Position numbers and translations under genes: made by a program. This document shows, piece after piece, positions 38,316 to 48,489 of a DNA stretch of 64,000 nt. The notes under the pieces are model-generated. The model saw nothing but the letters and a program-made list of their open reading frames with translations. It had not been told where the DNA came from and did not search any database. Origin of the DNA: an uncultured Nitrospiraceae bacterium (lineage in GTDB: Bacteria > Nitrospirota > Thermodesulfovibrionia > Thermodesulfovibrionales > UBA6898); NCBI GenBank assembly GCA_963811165.1, contig CAWEQH010000001.1, forward strand, positions 416,001-480,000, in the 5' to 3' direction. Numbering within the stretch: position 1 is the stretch's first letter; every line of letters starts with the position of its first letter.

Positions 38316-39083
38316 TCATTGGTCTTCTGCGCGGCGTGTTCTGAACTGCTTTAGCAGCAGGTATCCTCCCCAGGAAACCGCGCAGATCATCAGTAATGCC
38401 CCGAGCGCATGTGAGACTTTTGCCAGGAGATGATCGTATTGAAGCAACCCCAATTTGCGGAGGATAAATTCCCAGTCGTGATAGTCGTCCACGTCTTTTC
38501 CCGTCACACCCCCCAAAAGTAGTAATTTAAGGTCTCTTGCATCATTGATATACGGCGCCAGGTCAATAAGATTTTCTCCCATCCACCACAGGGAGACGGA
38601 AGCGCCAAAGGTATCTCTTGTCTTAAAAAGAAAGGTCAATAGGCATATCAGAGGCACCAGTAACTGTGTCAGACTTCCGCCCGCGGTCATCATGAACTGG
38701 CCGAACATGCGGAATAATATATGGCCCGCCTCATGGAAGGGAAGGTTGATGAGATGCAAAAAACTCTCTCCTGGATAGTTGCCATCGATAGAAGAAAAAA
38801 TGAATTTAAGCCCCCAGGAAAAAAGCACCAAAAGAAGAAGGCTCCGACCCAGCAAGGTAAAAATGCCTGCCCCGGGGGTGACATTTAAAAACAATTCTCT
38901 GTAATCATGGGTCGTTTCTTCTGTCGTAAACGTATCTTCCGTCCGTAAAAAAAGGTCTGAATCGGTCCGGGGTTCCCCGGCAGACGTTTTTTGTTTCGCG
39001 AGATATTTCGAAAAAACGATGCCGCATTTATTACATTCGAGCCCCCCGTCGGGCCGATCAAAGCCGCACTTAGGACACTTCAT
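38316..39083 (-). CDS. Zinc-ribbon membrane protein with HExxH (M50-like)
   Basis: CPKC...CNKC N-terminus; FHEAGH; YINDAR; HDWEFIL; several TMs. Confidence 0.7.
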   Translation of the reverse strand: MKCPKCGFDRPDGGLECNKCGIVFSKYLAKQKTSAGEPRTDSDLFLRTEDTFTTEETTHDYRELFLNVTPGAGIFTLLGRSLLLLVLFSWGLKFIFSSIDGNYPGESFLHLINLPFHEAGHILFRMFGQFMMTAGGSLTQLLVPLICLLTFLFKTRDTFGASVSLWWMGENLIDLAPYINDARDLKLLLLGGVTGKDVDDYHDWEFILRKLGLLQYDHLLAKVSHALGALLMICAVSWGGYLLLKQFRTRRAEDQ

Positions 39084-39224
39084 TGTCGCTCCCTTTTTGC
39101 AAGAGTTACGGGAAGGGTTTTTTAACTGAAGCATGAACTATTTTAGCAGATTGAAGGGATGGGTACTGTAAGTGATGTATCGAGAGTCCGGCCGCCATTT
39201 AATAATGCTGAGTTTCGAAACTTC

Positions 39225-39254
39225 TTGACAATAATGTCCCGTAATTTATATAAT
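39225..39254 (+). promoter_or_regulatory. sigma70 promoter for the CBS gene
   Basis: TTGACA-N18-TATAAT. Confidence 0.6.
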
Positions 39255-39313
39255 CTTAAAAAAGATATTCCGTTTACGGAAGGTAATGACCAGATGAAAA
39301 GGAGCCAGTAGAA

Positions 39314-39715
39314 ATGATACAAGCAAAGTATATCATGTGTAAGAAGGCGGCGGTAAATAAAGCCACGTCGGGCAGGGAAATTGTGTATAAGATGATGGGG
39401 ATAGGGTGCCCGGGTCTTCCCGTCGTCGATGAAAACTCTGACGTCATAGGCGTGGTGAGTATGTGCGATATTCTCAAAGCGACCCAAGAAAAAGGTGCCG
39501 CGATGGAAACCTTACGTGCGGAACAGGTCATGTCTCATGTACCGGTGACGGCCGGTCCTGACACTTCCCGTGAAGATCTGGCACAGATGATGGTTGAAAA
39601 CAATTACTCTTTTATCCCCATTGTCAAAGGCAAAAAACTGCTTGGGATAGTGAGTGGTCGCGAGATTGTTGAAACATATGTGGAACCGCATCTCTACACT
39701 GTGTTTGAAGAGTAA
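39314..39715 (+). CDS. CBS-domain pair protein
   Basis: GLPVVD..VIGVVS and IPIVKGKKLLGIVS; AAGGAG RBS. Confidence 0.9.
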   Translation: MIQAKYIMCKKAAVNKATSGREIVYKMMGIGCPGLPVVDENSDVIGVVSMCDILKATQEKGAAMETLRAEQVMSHVPVTAGPDTSREDLAQMMVENNYSFIPIVKGKKLLGIVSGREIVETYVEPHLYTVFEE

Positions 39716-39814
39716 ATAAAATTATAAGGCGAATCATTATGAGGTAAATGTCGTCCGGGGAGAACAGGCGTTAGTCCGGAGGTGAATAGGTATTAGTTTC
39801 CGGACGGCTTCGCG

Positions 39815-40297
39815 TTAGAGCTTATACCCTATCTTCCTTAAGAACTCTTTTCTATGCGCCTTGTCCTCCGGGGTCTCGACGCCTCTCGGGGGGAACCCAT
39901 CTATTACGCCCATTACCCCTCTTCCCTGGGCCGTCTCAGCGACGATCACCTCGACCGGGTTTGCAGTTGCACAAAAGATGCGGCAGACCTCAGGACAGTT
40001 TTTTATCTGGGTGAGGACATTGATCGGGAAGGCGTTTTTCAGGATGATACAAAATATGTGTCCGGCACCTATGGACCCGACGTTTCGTACGCTGGCTTCA
40101 ACGAGTTCATGACTGTTCCCCTCTTTCCTGATAAGACACGGGCCTGAGGCCTCGGTGAAGGCTACCCCGAATTGGGCCTGGGGAACTGAAGTTGCGATGA
40201 TTTCGTAGAGGTCTTCCGCTGTTTTTATGAAGTGCGTCTGTCCGAGTATGACATTGCTGTCAGCGGGGATCTCGATCGTAACGGTCTTTATTTCCAT
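39815..40297 (-). CDS. Adenosine-specific kinase family protein
   Basis: NVILGQTHFIKT.EDL, FTEASG, AFPINVL, IFCATANP, GVIDG. Confidence 0.85.
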   Translation of the reverse strand: MEIKTVTIEIPADSNVILGQTHFIKTAEDLYEIIATSVPQAQFGVAFTEASGPCLIRKEGNSHELVEASVRNVGSIGAGHIFCIILKNAFPINVLTQIKNCPEVCRIFCATANPVEVIVAETAQGRGVMGVIDGFPPRGVETPEDKAHRKEFLRKIGYKL

Positions 40298-40383
40298 GGC
40301 TTCCTCCTTGGGTTTCTTACCCATTACTATACATATCGATATGCTATAATGGAAATAAATTTTTTCGGAGATGTCAAGCTTTT

Positions 40384-40941
40384 ATGGTGCGTATACTCCT
40401 CACCACAGCCCTTTTTCTCTCGGTCTTTATCCCCGGCCTGGCCGGAGGGCAGGAGATTGCCGGCCCTGAGGTGAGGCTCGCCAATAACGACGTCTACGTC
40501 AGCTTTTCCCTGGTCCCTGGCGCCAAACACATTGAGGAGATAAAGGAGGGGATAGACAAGGAACTGAAACTCTACGTTGACCTGTTCAGGGTCTGGAAGA
40601 TCTGGCCGGATGAGTTTGTGCTCGGTAAGTTTTATTCAAGAAGGATGAAGGTCAATCCTATCAAAAAGGAATACGTGGCAACGTCTTTCGACGGGAGCGT
40701 TATCATCGAAAGAAGATTCCGGTCTTTTGAGACTATGCTTGCCTGGACGTTGTCGGTCAAGGACCTGAAACTCACCAATACCCGTGAACTCGATCCCGGG
40801 GAATATTTTGTGAGGATCACGGCCGAATCGAAGATAAGGACCCTTCCGCCGATGATACGACAGTTTTTTGTCTTCATATCGGAAAATGAATTCAAGATCA
40901 AGAAAGACTCCGGTGTTTTTGTCATTGAGGGCGGCAGATGA
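40384..40941 (+). CDS. DUF4390-like periplasmic protein
   Basis: Signal peptide; usual position upstream of ntrY, ATGA overlap. Confidence 0.7.
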   Translation: MVRILLTTALFLSVFIPGLAGGQEIAGPEVRLANNDVYVSFSLVPGAKHIEEIKEGIDKELKLYVDLFRVWKIWPDEFVLGKFYSRRMKVNPIKKEYVATSFDGSVIIERRFRSFETMLAWTLSVKDLKLTNTRELDPGEYFVRITAESKIRTLPPMIRQFFVFISENEFKIKKDSGVFVIEGGR

Positions 40942-42974
40942 GGAGACTGCGTCTTGCGCTGCTCATCACCGTAGCGGCTCTTTTTATCCTGTCTGCCTTT
41001 GGCGTGGAGCTCCATTACATGAAGCTCGAAAAAGTCCCCTTTTTTACAAAAGTGATACTCTTTATTCTCCTGAATCTGAGCCTGATCGCCCTTCTCGTCC
41101 TGATGTTCTTTGTCGGAAAGATCCTTTTGAATGTCTATTTCGAGAGAAAAAACAGGGTGCTGGGATACAAATTCAAGACGAAGTTCGTGGTTGTACTCGT
41201 CGTTCTTACGATGATCCCCTCAGCCTTCCTCTTCATAGTGTCGAGCGGTATCGTCACTAATTATCTCGATCGGTGGTTTGACCCTCAGGTAAAGCAGCCC
41301 TTGGCCCTCTCCATAGAGATTGCGAAGTCTGCATATGAAATGCAGCGCCGCCAGGCACTCACATTCGCAGAGGCGATCGCTGCCGGAAAGGCCGTACCGG
41401 AGAACTATTCAGTGCGGCATCTTACTTCAATCCCGGAGGATGCCTCGGACACCATCAGGACAGGCTTTGATGGAAAACCGGATGTAGAGGTGATCACGGG
41501 CGAGCAGGGAGACACAGTCAGGGCTGTTGCGCCCGAATTTCGCGGCAGGAAGCAGACAGGGGTGGTAGTCGTAGAGTTCCTTATCGGCAGAGACATTAGC
41601 AGGAGTTCCGAAAAGATAAACGATATGTACAAGAATTACATGACGCTCGAGTCATGGAAGACCCCGATAAAATTGAATTATCTTTTGGTATTGAGCTTCT
41701 TTACCCTGATGACGATATTCATGGCGTTATGGGTGGGGCTCAGGATATCCCGGGGGATTACCGACCCCATCCAGATGCTTGCCCAGGCGACGGAGCGGGT
41801 GGCAAAGGGGGACCTCGAGACCAATATCGATATCCAAAGGGAGGATGAAATTGGGGTGCTAGTAAGGTCCTTTAACAATATGGTAAAAGAGTTGAAGGAG
41901 AGCAAGGAATCCCTCCAGCGCGCATGGGTCGAATCCGACAGGAGGAGGCTCATAATAGAGATCATCCTGGAAAACATTCATTCAGGGGTCATTTATCTAA
42001 ACGCACCGGGTGAAATCCTTGCGATAAACGGCGCGGCATGCAGGATACTGGGCGTATCGTCCGGGGAGATATTGGACAAGAATTATTCTGTTCTCCTTGC
42101 GATGCTCAGGTCTGAGGAACTGAAAGAGACGGTAAAAAACATAAGGGTCCAAGAGTTCAAAGGTCTCGAAAGAGAGATCAGGGTGACAGTGGGAGAACGC
42201 CGCGTCCTGTTGAGGATATTCATTACGACCCTGATGGACGGCATTAATTTCCTCGGGACCCTCGTTGTCTTCGACGACCTTACCGAGATCGTCAGGGCCC
42301 AAAAGGCGCTGGCCTGGCAGGAGGTCGCAAGGAGGATCGCCCACGAGATAAAAAATCCGCTGACTCCTATCAAGCTCTCGACGGATCATATGATAAAGAA
42401 GTGGCTAAACAAGGATGAAGACTTCGGACAGGTCTTCGAGCGTTCTACGAAAACCATCATTAAGGAAGTGGAGAGCCTCAAAAGGCTCGTCAATGAATTC
42501 TCGCGGTTCGGCAAGATGCCGGAGATCCATAAAACACCGGTGCTCATCTCGCGCATTATCGAAGGGGCCGCAAATCTCTACAGGGACTACAAGGAGCTGG
42601 AGATCACCCTGGGAAGGATCGAAAACGAGCCCGTTGTCGAGGCCGATGCGGAACAGTTCAAAAGGGTCATCATAAATATTTTGGACAACGCAATTCAGGC
42701 GATGCAAAACAGGGGCAGGATAGTCATTGATATAAAGCACGATATAGTCCTCAACAGGGTATTCATCGATATCGCTGATGACGGCCCCGGCATTCGTGAA
42801 GAAGACAAGGAGAAGCTCTTTCTCCCGTATTTCTCGACAAAGAGGGACGGGACCGGTCTCGGACTCGCGATCGCCTCCAGGGTTGTGGCCGAGCACAGGG
42901 GGTACATAAGGGTGAAAGACAATAAACCGACGGGAACAATTTTTACTATAGAACTTCCGGTGAAGGAGGGGTAG
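40938..42974 (+). CDS. ntrY: NtrY-like sensor histidine kinase (TM-HAMP-PAS-HisKA-HATPase)
   Basis: AWQEVARRIAHEIKNPLTPI, DEIGVL..SFN, GTGLGLAI. Confidence 0.9.
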   Translation: MRRLRLALLITVAALFILSAFGVELHYMKLEKVPFFTKVILFILLNLSLIALLVLMFFVGKILLNVYFERKNRVLGYKFKTKFVVVLVVLTMIPSAFLFIVSSGIVTNYLDRWFDPQVKQPLALSIEIAKSAYEMQRRQALTFAEAIAAGKAVPENYSVRHLTSIPEDASDTIRTGFDGKPDVEVITGEQGDTVRAVAPEFRGRKQTGVVVVEFLIGRDISRSSEKINDMYKNYMTLESWKTPIKLNYLLVLSFFTLMTIFMALWVGLRISRGITDPIQMLAQATERVAKGDLETNIDIQREDEIGVLVRSFNNMVKELKESKESLQRAWVESDRRRLIIEIILENIHSGVIYLNAPGEILAINGAACRILGVSSGEILDKNYSVLLAMLRSEELKETVKNIRVQEFKGLEREIRVTVGERRVLLRIFITTLMDGINFLGTLVVFDDLTEIVRAQKALAWQEVARRIAHEIKNPLTPIKLSTDHMIKKWLNKDEDFGQVFERSTKTIIKEVESLKRLVNEFSRFGKMPEIHKTPVLISRIIEGAANLYRDYKELEITLGRIENEPVVEADAEQFKRVIINILDNAIQAMQNRGRIVIDIKHDIVLNRVFIDIADDGPGIREEDKEKLFLPYFSTKRDGTGLGLAIASRVVAEHRGYIRVKDNKPTGTIFTIELPVKEG

Positions 42975-44318
42975 ATGTCAAAGGCTGTTATACTGATCGT
43001 CGACGACGAAGAGGGTATCCGTACGGCGCTTTCCGGCATATTCGAAGACGAAGGCTATGAGGTGGCCACTGCGGAATCGGGCGAAGAGGCACTGAGGGTT
43101 GCCAAAGAGACCAACCCGGATATCGTCGTCCTTGACGTATGGCTTTCAGGTATGGACGGCATCCAGACGATGGAAGAACTCCGCGGGTGGAGCCGGGACC
43201 TGCCGGTGATAATCATTTCCGGCCACGCCAATATCGAACTTGCGGTAAAAGCCACGAAGATAGGAGCTTACGATATTCTTGAAAAACCCCTCTCGATGGA
43301 AAAGGTCCTCCTCACAGTACATCGGGCCCTCGAAAAAAGGAACCTCGAGGCTGAGAACAAGACACTAAAAGAAAATCTCAGCAGGAGATCGAGACTTGTG
43401 GGGAATTCGGCAAAGATCAATCAGCTCAGGGAACAGATAAAGATGGCGGCTGCCAGCAACAGCCGGGTCCTTATCCTCGGGGAAAGCGGTTCGGGCAAAG
43501 AGCTTGTTGCCCATCTTCTTCACGAAAACAGTCCCAGAACGGATAAGCCGTTTATCGAAGTGAACTGCGCCGCAATCCCGCAGGAGCTTATAGAGAGCGA
43601 ACTCTTCGGCCACGAAAAAGGATCCTTCACAGGGGCCTTCGAACTGAAGAAGGGAAAGTTCGAGCAGGCCGACGGAGGCACACTTTTCCTTGACGAAATA
43701 GGAGACATGTCTCTGCAAACACAGGCAAAGGTTCTCAGGGTCATCGAGACCCAGGAGTTCCAGCGGGTGGGAGGCAATAAGAATATAAAGGTCGATGTGC
43801 GGATAATATCCGCCACGAACAAGGACTTGTCGGAGGAAGTCAAGAGGGAAGTTTTCAGAGAGGACCTATTCTTCAGACTTAACGTTATCCCCCTTAAGGT
43901 GCCGGCCCTCAGGGAAAGACTCGATGACATCCCGGTACTGGTGGAGTACTTTCTTGAATCCTTTGCAATGGAATACGGGCAGCAGCCGAAGAAAATTGCC
44001 CCTGAAGCCATCAAGATCCTCCAGAAGCATATCTGGCCGGGCAATATCAGGGAACTGAGAAATGTCCTGGAAAGGCTCGTCATCATGACCCCGTCAAGGG
44101 CGATTTTGCCGGGGGACCTTTTTATCACCGATGCACAAAGGGCCGATTATTTCGCCGTCGATTCCCTCAAGGACGCAAGGGAGTTGTTCGAGAGGGATTT
44201 TATCGCAAGGAAACTGGAAGAAAATAACTGGAATATCTCGAAGACTTCCGAGGTGCTGGACATCGAAAGAAGCAACCTCCACCGCAAAATAAAGGCCTAT
44301 GATATTAAGATACCTTAG
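42975..44318 (+). CDS. ntrX: NtrX-like sigma54-dependent response regulator
   Basis: Receiver domain, GESGSGKE, GSFTGA, LFLDEI, WPGNIREL, C-terminal HTH. Confidence 0.9.
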   Translation: MSKAVILIVDDEEGIRTALSGIFEDEGYEVATAESGEEALRVAKETNPDIVVLDVWLSGMDGIQTMEELRGWSRDLPVIIISGHANIELAVKATKIGAYDILEKPLSMEKVLLTVHRALEKRNLEAENKTLKENLSRRSRLVGNSAKINQLREQIKMAAASNSRVLILGESGSGKELVAHLLHENSPRTDKPFIEVNCAAIPQELIESELFGHEKGSFTGAFELKKGKFEQADGGTLFLDEIGDMSLQTQAKVLRVIETQEFQRVGGNKNIKVDVRIISATNKDLSEEVKREVFREDLFFRLNVIPLKVPALRERLDDIPVLVEYFLESFAMEYGQQPKKIAPEAIKILQKHIWPGNIRELRNVLERLVIMTPSRAILPGDLFITDAQRADYFAVDSLKDARELFERDFIARKLEENNWNISKTSEVLDIERSNLHRKIKAYDIKIP

Positions 44319-44378
44319 AAGAAGGGCGGCGTGAAACTTACTATTGAGGCGACGACCTTTTCATAACAGTTGACCGGC

Positions 44379-44966
44379 CTACGGCCCGAAGAACCATCTC
44401 TTCCAGTTCCAGAAGTGGATAAGCTTTTGAGTGAAGGCCGTATCGTCAACCTTTCCTGCCAGGTCTCTGAGCTCCGCCCGGTTTTTTTCTATCTCCCTGA
44501 ACTGCTCTTTTTCAAGCCCTCCGTCAAGGATAAAATGTCTTATCTTTTCAAGCTCCCCATTATCGAGCCAGACTCCGTGCCTTCCGCACTCGTCTATGAT
44601 GACGCCGGATATATGCCCGTAATTCTTTTTTACCATGAGTTTCCCGCACCTTACACAGGGGATGTAGTCGATTTTTTCAGTCAGGGGAGGGCGGCTGTAC
44701 GATTCCTTCAGTTGTTCTTCCCTGTAGACCGTCGATTCTGCGGTAAGAACATTGAATTCTCCCCGATCAAGCCATAGGCCGTTGCAACGTGGACAGGAGT
44801 CTATCTCTATATCTTCCTTCCTCTGGCAATCAAGGGCGATTCTACATCTCGGGCAGACAGGATTTTCGAGGGGTGTATCTTCGCCAAGCCTTCCTCCACA
44901 AAAAGGGCAGAGGGCGCTCTTACGGTTTACATCCTTTCCGCATTGGGGACATCTTATGATATCCAT
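44379..44966 (-). CDS. Multi-zinc-ribbon (zf-TFIIB-like) protein
   Basis: CPQC/CPFC, CPRC/CPRC-GLWLDRGE, CVRC/CGRH-GVWLDNGE. Confidence 0.8.
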   Translation of the reverse strand: MDIIRCPQCGKDVNRKSALCPFCGGRLGEDTPLENPVCPRCRIALDCQRKEDIEIDSCPRCNGLWLDRGEFNVLTAESTVYREEQLKESYSRPPLTEKIDYIPCVRCGKLMVKKNYGHISGVIIDECGRHGVWLDNGELEKIRHFILDGGLEKEQFREIEKNRAELRDLAGKVDDTAFTQKLIHFWNWKRWFFGP

Positions 44967-45118
44967 ACTGTGTTACCCCCTGGTAGTGAAAATGCCACGT
45001 AGTGTTCAGTTTCTACTCGTCCTATCGGGCATTATAGCATCTTTCCCTAAATGTGAATTGAAGGTACTGCCACTTCTCCCTGCGGATCAAGAGGGTTGCG
45101 GCCTACAATCAGCCTTAT

Positions 45119-45136
45119 TTTTGCACAGATGCAAAA
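45119..45136. promoter_or_regulatory. Palindrome, candidate enhancer site for a sigma54 activator
   Basis: TTTTGCA-CAGA-TGCAAAA about 60-80 bp upstream of a -24/-12 promoter. Confidence 0.5.
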
Positions 45137-45196
45137 GGATTTGCGGGAATGCATTGGGATTGGAGTGAGGAATCATTTAGAATCGGCGAGTTAGTA

Positions 45197-45213
45197 TTGG
45201 CATGGGGAATGCA
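45197..45213 (+). promoter_or_regulatory. sigma54 (-24/-12) promoter
   Basis: TTGGCATGGGGAATGCA, GG-N10-GC spacing. Confidence 0.75.
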
Positions 45214-45251
45214 CTATATATTTGCAAGAACATAAGAAGGAGGACGGGAAG

Positions 45252-45572
45252 ATGAAAGACAAAGGATACGCAAAGAAACTGGCATACATGGGAGCAGGGT
45301 GCGGAGTAGTGCTGTTTGGAGTATTTGGGTTGCTTCCCGGGTCATTCCTTGGCGGGGTGATGGGACTTAATATCGCAGGGAAGCTGCTTGGAGTGCCTTT
45401 GGCCTCGGGTATCCTTTCGAGGCTGATAGTTGCGGCATCGATGGTAATAGGGGTGATGGTCTCTGGGATCATGTTCATCACCGCCAGTTCGATTGCGGGC
45501 TGGCTTATAGGGACGGTGCTGGATGCGATCACGGCAGAGAAGAAAGAAATGGCTGCAATAGGGCATAAATAA
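45252..45572 (+). CDS. Gly-rich small membrane protein, paralogue 1
   Basis: AGGAGG RBS; GAGCG..LFGVFGLLPG..LG. Confidence 0.85.
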   Translation: MKDKGYAKKLAYMGAGCGVVLFGVFGLLPGSFLGGVMGLNIAGKLLGVPLASGILSRLIVAASMVIGVMVSGIMFITASSIAGWLIGTVLDAITAEKKEMAAIGHK

Positions 45573-45611
45573 TATTGTGGATAACAAATAAAAACCAAAG
45601 GAGGAAGTGTC

Positions 45612-45947
45612 ATGAAAGAGGAAAGAAAAAGGACGATGAAGGTAGGGACGAAGATCGGTGCGGCGTTGGGTGCGATAGTATTTCTGGTATTTGGGATAGT
45701 GCCGGGGTTTTATTTCGGCAGTTACGGGGCGCTGGTATTGATGAGCAGGCTTGCAGGCGGACCGGTAGAGCCCACGACAATCGTAAGAATGATCACCGTC
45801 GTGGGCGTTGCCCTGGGCATCTTCTGCGGCGCAGCTGCCAGCATCGTGCTGGGTTCGGTATTCGGCACAGCCCTCGCCTGGATAGTCGATGTGATCGGCA
45901 GCCTCGGCAAGGTCAAAGAGACCGAGGAACTGAAGGTTAAGGGCTAG
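45612..45947 (+). CDS. Gly-rich small membrane protein, paralogue 2
   Basis: AAGGAGG RBS; GAALG..VFLVFGIVPG..FG, collinear with paralogue 1. Confidence 0.85.
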   Translation: MKEERKRTMKVGTKIGAALGAIVFLVFGIVPGFYFGSYGALVLMSRLAGGPVEPTTIVRMITVVGVALGIFCGAAASIVLGSVFGTALAWIVDVIGSLGKVKETEELKVKG

Positions 45948-46051
45948 AAAATGACGATTACATCAGACATAATCGGCTAGAAAATGACGATTACGTTAGG
46001 CATAATCGGCTAGAAAATGGCCATTATGTTACACATAATCGGCTAGAAAAT
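45942..46051 (+). repeat. 3.3 copies of a diverged 33-bp tandem repeat
   Basis: Units start at 45942, 45975, 46008 and 46041 (partial); GGCTAGAAAATG-N14-CATAATC. Confidence 0.95.
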
Positions 46052-46077
46052 TCAGCAGACGGCCGTTACCTCCCCTT

Positions 46078-46117
46078 AGGAGACCAAGGAGAAATTCCCG
46101 GTCTCCTCTTTTTTTTT
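46078..46117 (+). terminator. Intrinsic terminator
   Basis: AGGAGACC/GGTCTCCT stem followed by T9. Confidence 0.8.
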
Positions 46118-46251
46118 ATCTTGTCCCGGGCGTTCTCTTTCATCTCGTCGTTTTAATGCCCCACCACAAATCCGATGGTCGTTTTTTGCATAGGAAAAAC
46201 TTTGGTGTTAACATAGGGAGGCAAGTACTCCTTTTGCTGAAGGACATATAA

Positions 46252-48384
46252 ATGGATAAGGAAACTATAGCAGCATTTTTCAGGAAAAAGCCGGGCAAGC
46301 CTCTTTCCTTTAAGGAAATTGCTGAAAGGATGGCCTTGAGCAGGGCCGAGGGCAGGGCACTAAAGAGAGTGCTGAGGGAGATGCTCAGAAGCGGCGAGGT
46401 CGTCCGTACCCGGAAGGGTCTTTACGGTCCGGCAGAGGACATGAATCTCATTACCGGATATTTTGAGGCACACAGAGACGGCTTTGGTTTTGTCATTTCC
46501 GAAAAACCAGGAGAGAGGGATATATTTATCCCACCCGGGCAGGGCCTCGGGGCCATGAACGGCGACAGGGTCATTGTGAGGGTGGAGGAGTGGAAAAGGC
46601 GCGGCGGCAGGATAATAAGAATACTCGAGCGTTCTCACACACGAGTTGCCGGCAAGCTTGATATCACAAAAACAGCTATATATGTCAGGCCGAAAAATAA
46701 GTCTATACCATTTGACCTCTACATAGCGCCTAATGATAAGGGCGACGCAAAGCACGGGGATACCGTCGTTGCCGAGATCACCGCGTTCCCCACCGACAAA
46801 CGGCCGCCGGCCGGCAGGATCATAAAGATTATTGAGAAACCTGAAGACCCGGCATCGGAGATTGAGGCGATAATTGACGAGTTCAGTCTTCCGAGAAAGT
46901 TCCCCAAATCTGTTGCTGACGAAACGAAGCTTTTATACGCGAGCCGGCAGCCCGAGCGGGGAGACATCAAGGCACTCAAGAGGAAAGACTTGAGGAATCT
47001 GTCGACTGTCACTATTGACGGCGAGCGGGCGAAGGACTTTGATGATGCGGTCTCTGTCAGTCTTACAGAGCACGGGTACAGACTGTGGGTGCATATCGCG
47101 GATGTGGGATTTTATGTGTCGTGGGGTTCGGCGATTGACCTTGAGGCGCGGAAGCGCGGTACGAGCGTGTATTTACCCGACCGGGTAATACCGATGCTGC
47201 CAAAGGAGCTTTCTGAAGACCTCTGCAGCCTCAGGCCCAAGGTCGAGAGGCTGGCATTTACCGCTGAGATGGACTTTGACAGACACGGCAGAAGAGTCAA
47301 TAAGAAATTCTATCCCAGTCTCATCAAAAGCGATGAGAGGATGACATATACCTCTGTCAGAAAGATACTCATAGATCAGGACCCGGGTGAAAGAGAAAAA
47401 TACGATTACCTCCTCAAAGACTTCGAGTTGATGGGAGAACTCTGCGGCATCTTAAGGTCGGGAAGGCTGGAAAGGGGAAGCCTTGACTTTGACCTCCCCG
47501 AGCCAGAGATAATTTTGGACCTCCAGGGCAACCCCGAGGCGATTATACGGGCGGAGAGGAATTTCGCCCATATGCTGATTGAGGAATTCATGATCGCGGC
47601 CAACGAGGCGGTCGCGGAACATCTTGAAGGGCTTGGGGTGCCGAGCCTTTACAGGATACACGAAGAACCCGACCCCATGAAGCTTGAAGACATCATGAAG
47701 GTGGTCAGACCGGTCCACAGGTTAGGGAAAAAGACATTGACGCCTAAAGATTTTTCCGCGTTGCTCAGATCAATAAAAGGTGCGCCCGAAGAAGAGATCA
47801 TCAATTACCTGGTCTTAAGAAGCCTAAAACAGGCCCGCTATTCTCCAATCAATGTCGGGCATTTCGGACTCGCATCGGAATCATACACACATTTCACCTC
47901 GCCAATTCGCCGGTATCCCGACCTCGTTGTCCACAGGATTCTGAGGGAGCTCCTTACAAAAAAACTTATCTCCGATAGAAGGAAACAGGAACTTGAGACA
48001 ATACTCCCAGACATCGCATTTACTTCGTCACGGACAGAAAGGCTTTCCGTGGATGTTGAAAGGAAGGTGATCGATGCGATGAGGGCATGGTTCATGAAAG
48101 ACAAGGTCGGCGATGAATTTGCAGGAAGGATTATAGGAGTCACTCCGTTTGGCCTCAGGGTCAGACTCAATGATTTCTATGTGGAGGGTTTCATCCATCT
48201 CTCTTACATGACAGACGATTTCTACCAGTACAATGAAAAAACCATGCGCCTCCACGGCAGACATACCGACCGCTCCTTCAGGATAGGGCAGGAATTAAGG
48301 CTGCGCGTTGATAAGGTCGATATGGAGGAAAGGGAAGTGGTTTTCGGTCTGCTGGCAGACGGCAAAAAATCTGCCTTATCTTGA
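46252..48384 (+). CDS. rnr: Ribonuclease R
   Basis: HRDGFGF, TIDGERAKDFDDA, RGTSVYLP, YTHFTSPIRRYPDL, C-terminal S1. Confidence 0.97.
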   Translation: MDKETIAAFFRKKPGKPLSFKEIAERMALSRAEGRALKRVLREMLRSGEVVRTRKGLYGPAEDMNLITGYFEAHRDGFGFVISEKPGERDIFIPPGQGLGAMNGDRVIVRVEEWKRRGGRIIRILERSHTRVAGKLDITKTAIYVRPKNKSIPFDLYIAPNDKGDAKHGDTVVAEITAFPTDKRPPAGRIIKIIEKPEDPASEIEAIIDEFSLPRKFPKSVADETKLLYASRQPERGDIKALKRKDLRNLSTVTIDGERAKDFDDAVSVSLTEHGYRLWVHIADVGFYVSWGSAIDLEARKRGTSVYLPDRVIPMLPKELSEDLCSLRPKVERLAFTAEMDFDRHGRRVNKKFYPSLIKSDERMTYTSVRKILIDQDPGEREKYDYLLKDFELMGELCGILRSGRLERGSLDFDLPEPEIILDLQGNPEAIIRAERNFAHMLIEEFMIAANEAVAEHLEGLGVPSLYRIHEEPDPMKLEDIMKVVRPVHRLGKKTLTPKDFSALLRSIKGAPEEEIINYLVLRSLKQARYSPINVGHFGLASESYTHFTSPIRRYPDLVVHRILRELLTKKLISDRRKQELETILPDIAFTSSRTERLSVDVERKVIDAMRAWFMKDKVGDEFAGRIIGVTPFGLRVRLNDFYVEGFIHLSYMTDDFYQYNEKTMRLHGRHTDRSFRIGQELRLRVDKVDMEEREVVFGLLADGKKSALS

Positions 48385-48409
48385 CAAACTGCGGTGCCGT
48401 TGTTAGATT
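48381..48409 (+). promoter_or_regulatory. Putative sigma70 promoter for the LOG gene
   Basis: TTGACA-N17-TAGATT. Confidence 0.5.
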
Positions 48410-48489
48410 AATGGCGATGCATTTTTTTGTCCGGACATTTCCTGTTTTTCTGACGCGCAGTTTCCCTGAGCTCCGCAGGTGATGTTGCG

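Noticed and set aside
45995..46040. Xer dif site (CATAAT...ATTATGTTA resembles dif arms)
   Set aside because: Arm spacing is far longer than the 6-bp dif core
34644..46046. TAG reassignment or pyrrolysine read-through (in-frame TAGs at 34644 and in the repeat array)
   Set aside because: Conserved genes here (hrpB, ntrY, ntrX, M16 protease) end properly at TAG; no pyl genes seen
45942..46051. CRISPR mini-array
   Set aside because: The 14-nt variable parts are too short and resemble each other; no cas genes in the window
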